DNA of 64,000 nt from NCBI RefSeq assembly GCF_009914755.1, contig NC_060931.1. One strand, written 5' to 3'. The first letter of the stretch is position 1; every line of letters begins with the position of its first letter. This stretch comes from the human T2T-CHM13v2.0 reference genome, Homo sapiens. The notes below the pieces were generated by a model that was not told the DNA's origin, did not search any database, and saw nothing but the letters and a program-made list of their open reading frames with translations. This document shows positions 60,255 to 64,000 of the stretch, piece after piece. Position numbers and translations under genes: made by a program.

Positions 60255-60768
60255 CTTTATATGGAAAATGCAATTTTCCCCCAAACTAATATAATTACTT
60301 TCTGTTCATGGTTTACAAAATGACCGATATTTCCCTTCTATCCCTTTGTACAATATGTGTATCTAGCAGAAAAGTTCTTAGCTCTGGCTATGGGCACACA
60401 GAAACTTCTGATAGATGATTGCATTCACATGTTTATTTACCTTCCCCAGAATAAACTGTGGGACTGGAGTACCTGTATTAATCACAGGACAGATAATCAG
60501 GAAGCTCTGATCCTCTTGAGCTTCACATTTATGATCAAAAAACGAACAGAGTGGTTTTCTAATAAAATTTTTGGTGAATCTAAAGATATGGCTCCCATCA
60601 CTAACATTGTAAAAGGAAATAAACCTCATACCTATATCCAGGAAAATTTCCACTCTGTTGAACTGGGGCTCACTCAGAGAGCAGTCAAAAGTGTAGTACT
60701 GGCAGCAAAAGCCTTCCTTTCTCGAACTCACAGCCCAGAAGCTGAGTTTTGAAGAAAGAATGGGTTCT
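60255..60768 (-). pseudogene. RFPL4A-like pseudogene fragment: C-terminal half of SPRY/B30.2 domain plus ~180 bp downstream of the stop
   Basis: Translation LSSKLSFWAV...PQFNRVEIFLDIGMRFISFYNVSDGSHIF...FFDHKCEAQEDQSFLIICPVIN matches my recollection of RFPL4A (PQLHRVGIFLDVGMRSIAFYNVSDGCHIY...FFAHKRGSQDDQSILSICSVIN); terminal EGK-stop survives in a shifted frame (TAA at 60435-60433); no RING or PRY part. Confidence 0.88.
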
Positions 60769-63700
60769 ACATCATTTAGTAGAAATGATAAACCCATCAA
60801 AAATAGTAACTACAACAACTTATTATTTTTTATTGGTTTACCATTTAATAGAAATTATGAACTAATTTCTACCCAGTTTTTTAATAGAAATGGTGAACTC
60901 ATTTCTACTAACTGTGGTTAGTGTTATAATAGTATGTGTACTTACTATTACCAGTGAGTTTTCTAGCTTCAGGTGATTACTTATTGCTTACTAATGTTTT
61001 TTCATTCTGATTAAAATACTCCCTTTAGCATTTCTTATAGGACAGAACTAGTTTTGATGAAGTCCTTCAGTGTTTGTTTGTCAGCTAATGTCTTTATTTC
61101 TCCTTCATGTTTGAAGAATGTTTTTTTGTATATGCTGATCTAGGGTAAAAGCTTTTTTTTTTTTTTTTTTCTTTTTGTCAGCTCTTTATGTCATGTCACT
61201 CTCTTCTGGCTTTTGAGTTTCCACTGAAAACTCTGCTGCTAGATGTATTGGTTCTCCATTGTATGTTATTTTTTTTTTCTTGCTGCTTTTCAGATCCTTT
61301 CCTCATTCTTGACCTTTGGGAGTTTGACTACTAAATGCCTTGAGGTAATCTTTGAGTTAAATCTGTTTGGTGTTCTATAACCTTCTTGTACTTTTATATT
61401 GATACCTTTCTCTAGGTTTGGGAATTTCTGTATTTTTATTCCTTTGAATAAACTTTCTAACCCTATCCTACCTGCTCTTTAAGGCCAATAACTTGCCCTT
61501 TTGAGGCTATTTTCTAGGTCCTGTAGGTGTGCTTCACTTTTTAAAATTCATTTTCCATTTCCTCTGTGTAATTTCAAATAGCATGTCTGCAAGCTCATTA
61601 ATTGTTTCTTCTGCTTGATTCATTGTGCTAAGGATTCCAATGCATTCTTCAGTATACCAATTGCATTTTTTCAGCTACAGAATTTCTGCTTGATTCTTTT
61701 TAGTTATTTCAACCTCTGTCAAATTTATTGGATAAAATTCTGAATTCCTTCTCTGCGTTATTCTGAATTTCTTTGAGTTGTCTCAACATATCTATTTTGA
61801 ATTCTCTGTCTGCAAAGTCACATATCTCTGCTTCTCCAGGATTGGTTGCTAGTGCATTATTTAGTTTATTTGGTAAAGTCATGTTTTTCTGGTTGGTATT
61901 GATGCTGATAGATGTTCTTCAGTATCTGGGCATTGAAGAATTAGGTATTTATTGTAGTCTTCACTGTCTGTGATTATTTCTTTCTGTCCTTCTTGGGAAG
62001 GCTTTTCAGATATTTGAAAGGATTTGGGTATTGTGATCTAAGGTATATTGCTTTAGGAGGCACCTGAAGGCCAGTGACACTGTGCTTCTTGAAGACTTGT
62101 AGATGGTCTTGAACAAGATTAGGGAAAATTATCTGGCTTACCATGCAGAGACTCTTGTTGTCTTCCCTTACTTTCTCCCAAGCAAACAGTATCTCTCTCC
62201 CTCTGTTCTGAGCCGTCTAAAGCTGGGGTTGGAATGACACAAGCACCCCTGTGGTCACCACCACTATGACATGCTAGGTGAGACCTGAAGCCAGCACAGC
62301 CCTGGGTCTCACCAACGACCTGCTGTAACCACTCCCTGGCTTACTGCCTATGTTTGGTCAAGACCCTAGGACTCTACAATAAGCTGGTGGCAAAGCCATT
62401 CATGTCTGTGTTCTTCCCTTCAGCATAGTGAGGTCCCCCAAGTACTGGGTGGGTTGAGAGATGCTGTCTTGGAGTCAGGGACTAGGATACAAAACCTTAG
62501 AGGTCTACGTGGTGTTCTGTTGTACTGTGGCTAACTGGCACTGAAATCACAAAACACAGTCCTTCCCTCTCATCATTCCCCTTTCCAAAGGCAGAAGAGT
62601 CTCATTCTGTAGCCACCACCACCCCAGGCCACACGGACTACTGCTAGGCTACTGCTGATGTCTCCTTAAGGCTCAAGGTCTTTTCAGTCAACTGGTGGTG
62701 AATGCTGCCTGCCCTAGATCTCACCCTTTAAGGGCTTTGGGCTCCCCTCTGGCCCAGGGCTGGTCCAGAAATGCCATCCAAGGGTCAAGTCCTGTAATTA
62801 GGGACCTCAAAGGCCCACTTGGTGCTCTATACCTCTATGGCCACGATCCTACCTTAGGTGCAAGGCAAAGTCCCCTTTACTTTTTTCTCTGCTTTTCTCA
62901 AGCAGAAGGAGTTTTGTCCCATAGCCATCACAGTTGGTAATGAGCTGAGTCTCATCTGAAGCCAGCAAATCTCAGAGGTTGACCCAGAACCTTTTGTGTA
63001 GTACCTAGGTATCACTGCTGATTATTCAGGGCTCAAGGGATCTTCAGTTAGCAGGTGATAAATGTTGCCAGGACTATTTCCTTTCCTTCAAGGCAGTGGG
63101 TTCTCTCCTGGCTCCCGGCATGTCTAGAAATGTCATCTGGGAGACAGGACTTAGAACAGGGTCCTTAGAACACAACTTTGACCTGTGCCCTATCCTGCTT
63201 TGACTGAGCTGGTATCCAAGATGCAAGACACAGTCCTCCCCACTCTTCTCTCTCCTATTCTCAAGTGGAAGAAAGGAGTCTCTTTTGTGCAGCCTGGGGT
63301 TAGGAATAGGGTTTTGTCAGCACCTTTTTGGCTGCCCCAGCTGGTGTCTCAGCTTGTTGTATACCACTCCATTCCACTGTCTCTTGGCCTAGTTCAGCAC
63401 TAGGACTCACCTCAGAGTTGCAGTCTTTATGGCTTAGACTGCCTTTCATGTTTACTTGGAGACACAGCACTGTAGGTCTTGGTGGAAGGTTTGCAGCAAC
63501 TCAAGTTCAGACGACTGCTGGGATCTGCAATTCCCCTCTGGCTAGAGCTGGTTTAAATGCTCCCTCCATGGGCAGGTGTCACCTAAGTTTGGTGTGGTTT
63601 TCCTATCTGCTCCAACAGAACAGCACTGAGTTCAATGCCTAACAATTTCTGTGCTCTCCCTCTCCCAGTGCCCAGGGATGCTCTCTGTGCTAGGCAGCTG

Positions 63701-64000
63701 CTACCAGTGGTTAAAAGAGGGCTGGCATCAGTGATTCAGGACTGTTTTTCCTATCTTTTTAGTGTCTCAGCAATATGAAGTTAAAATCGGGTACTATGAG
63801 TGCTCACCTAATTTTTGGTTCTTATGAAGGTGTATTTTTCTGCGTAGGTAGTTGAGTTGGTATCCTCGTGGATGAGGGGATGATCAGTGAAGCCTTCTAT
63901 TCTGCCATGTTGCTCTGCCTCTGAATCTATTTTCATAGATTTTGCTCTCAAATTGTTTAGCTCAATGATCACTACATTATTCTTTCTAAAGTCTGCCTTA

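Larger units (their letters stand above)
49070..63921 (-). mobile_element. Apparently full-length degenerate L1MA2/3-like element (pieces 49070-52849, 59353-60120, ~60920-63921)
   Basis: 3' UTR at 49070; ORF2 remnants in the ORF track; endonuclease region continuous across the L1PA insertion; 5' end on minus reads ggcagagcaacatggcagaatagaagg; ~7.5 kb after removing inserts. Confidence 0.85.

Noticed and set aside
60357-60752. 131-aa plus-strand ORF
   Set aside because: Antisense shadow of the RFPL4A-like fragment, with no recognisable homology.
60113-60790. 20-bp direct repeat as a classical L1 TSD
   Set aside because: No adjacent poly(A), half of the 20-mer appears to be snap-back sequence, and more rearranged copies lie beyond it. 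Not fully excluded.
60378-60800. 140-aa ORF as a functional SPRY-only gene
   Set aside because: The initiating Met comes from junction filler, only half the domain is present, and the ancestral C-terminus is frameshifted.

Overview
Primate (human-like; AluY elements present) AT-rich, CpG-poor genomic DNA, most of it interspersed repeats: L1s of several ages, Alus, MIR/L2 relics, ERV1 and MaLR solo LTRs, Tigger/hAT DNA transposons and microsatellites. I find no intact protein-coding gene, RNA gene or CpG island; the ORF track is almost entirely L1/Alu-derived or chance ORFs. The right quarter (about 49070-63921) is an apparently full-length old L1MA on the minus strand. It contains a full-length L1PA7-like element and a ~510 bp fragment of an RFPL4A-like gene (C-terminal SPRY/B30.2 half plus downstream sequence, 60255-60768). 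That fragment is the most interesting object. It has no poly(A) tail and sits among locally templated duplications and snap-back hairpins, which looks more like capture during double-strand-break repair than ordinary retrotransposition. A second templated-inversion scar lies at 20302-20472. I see no evidence for a new multi-gene system. Repeat subfamily names come from my recall of consensus sequences, and most boundaries are approximate (+/-10-30 bp) unless a TSD is quoted.
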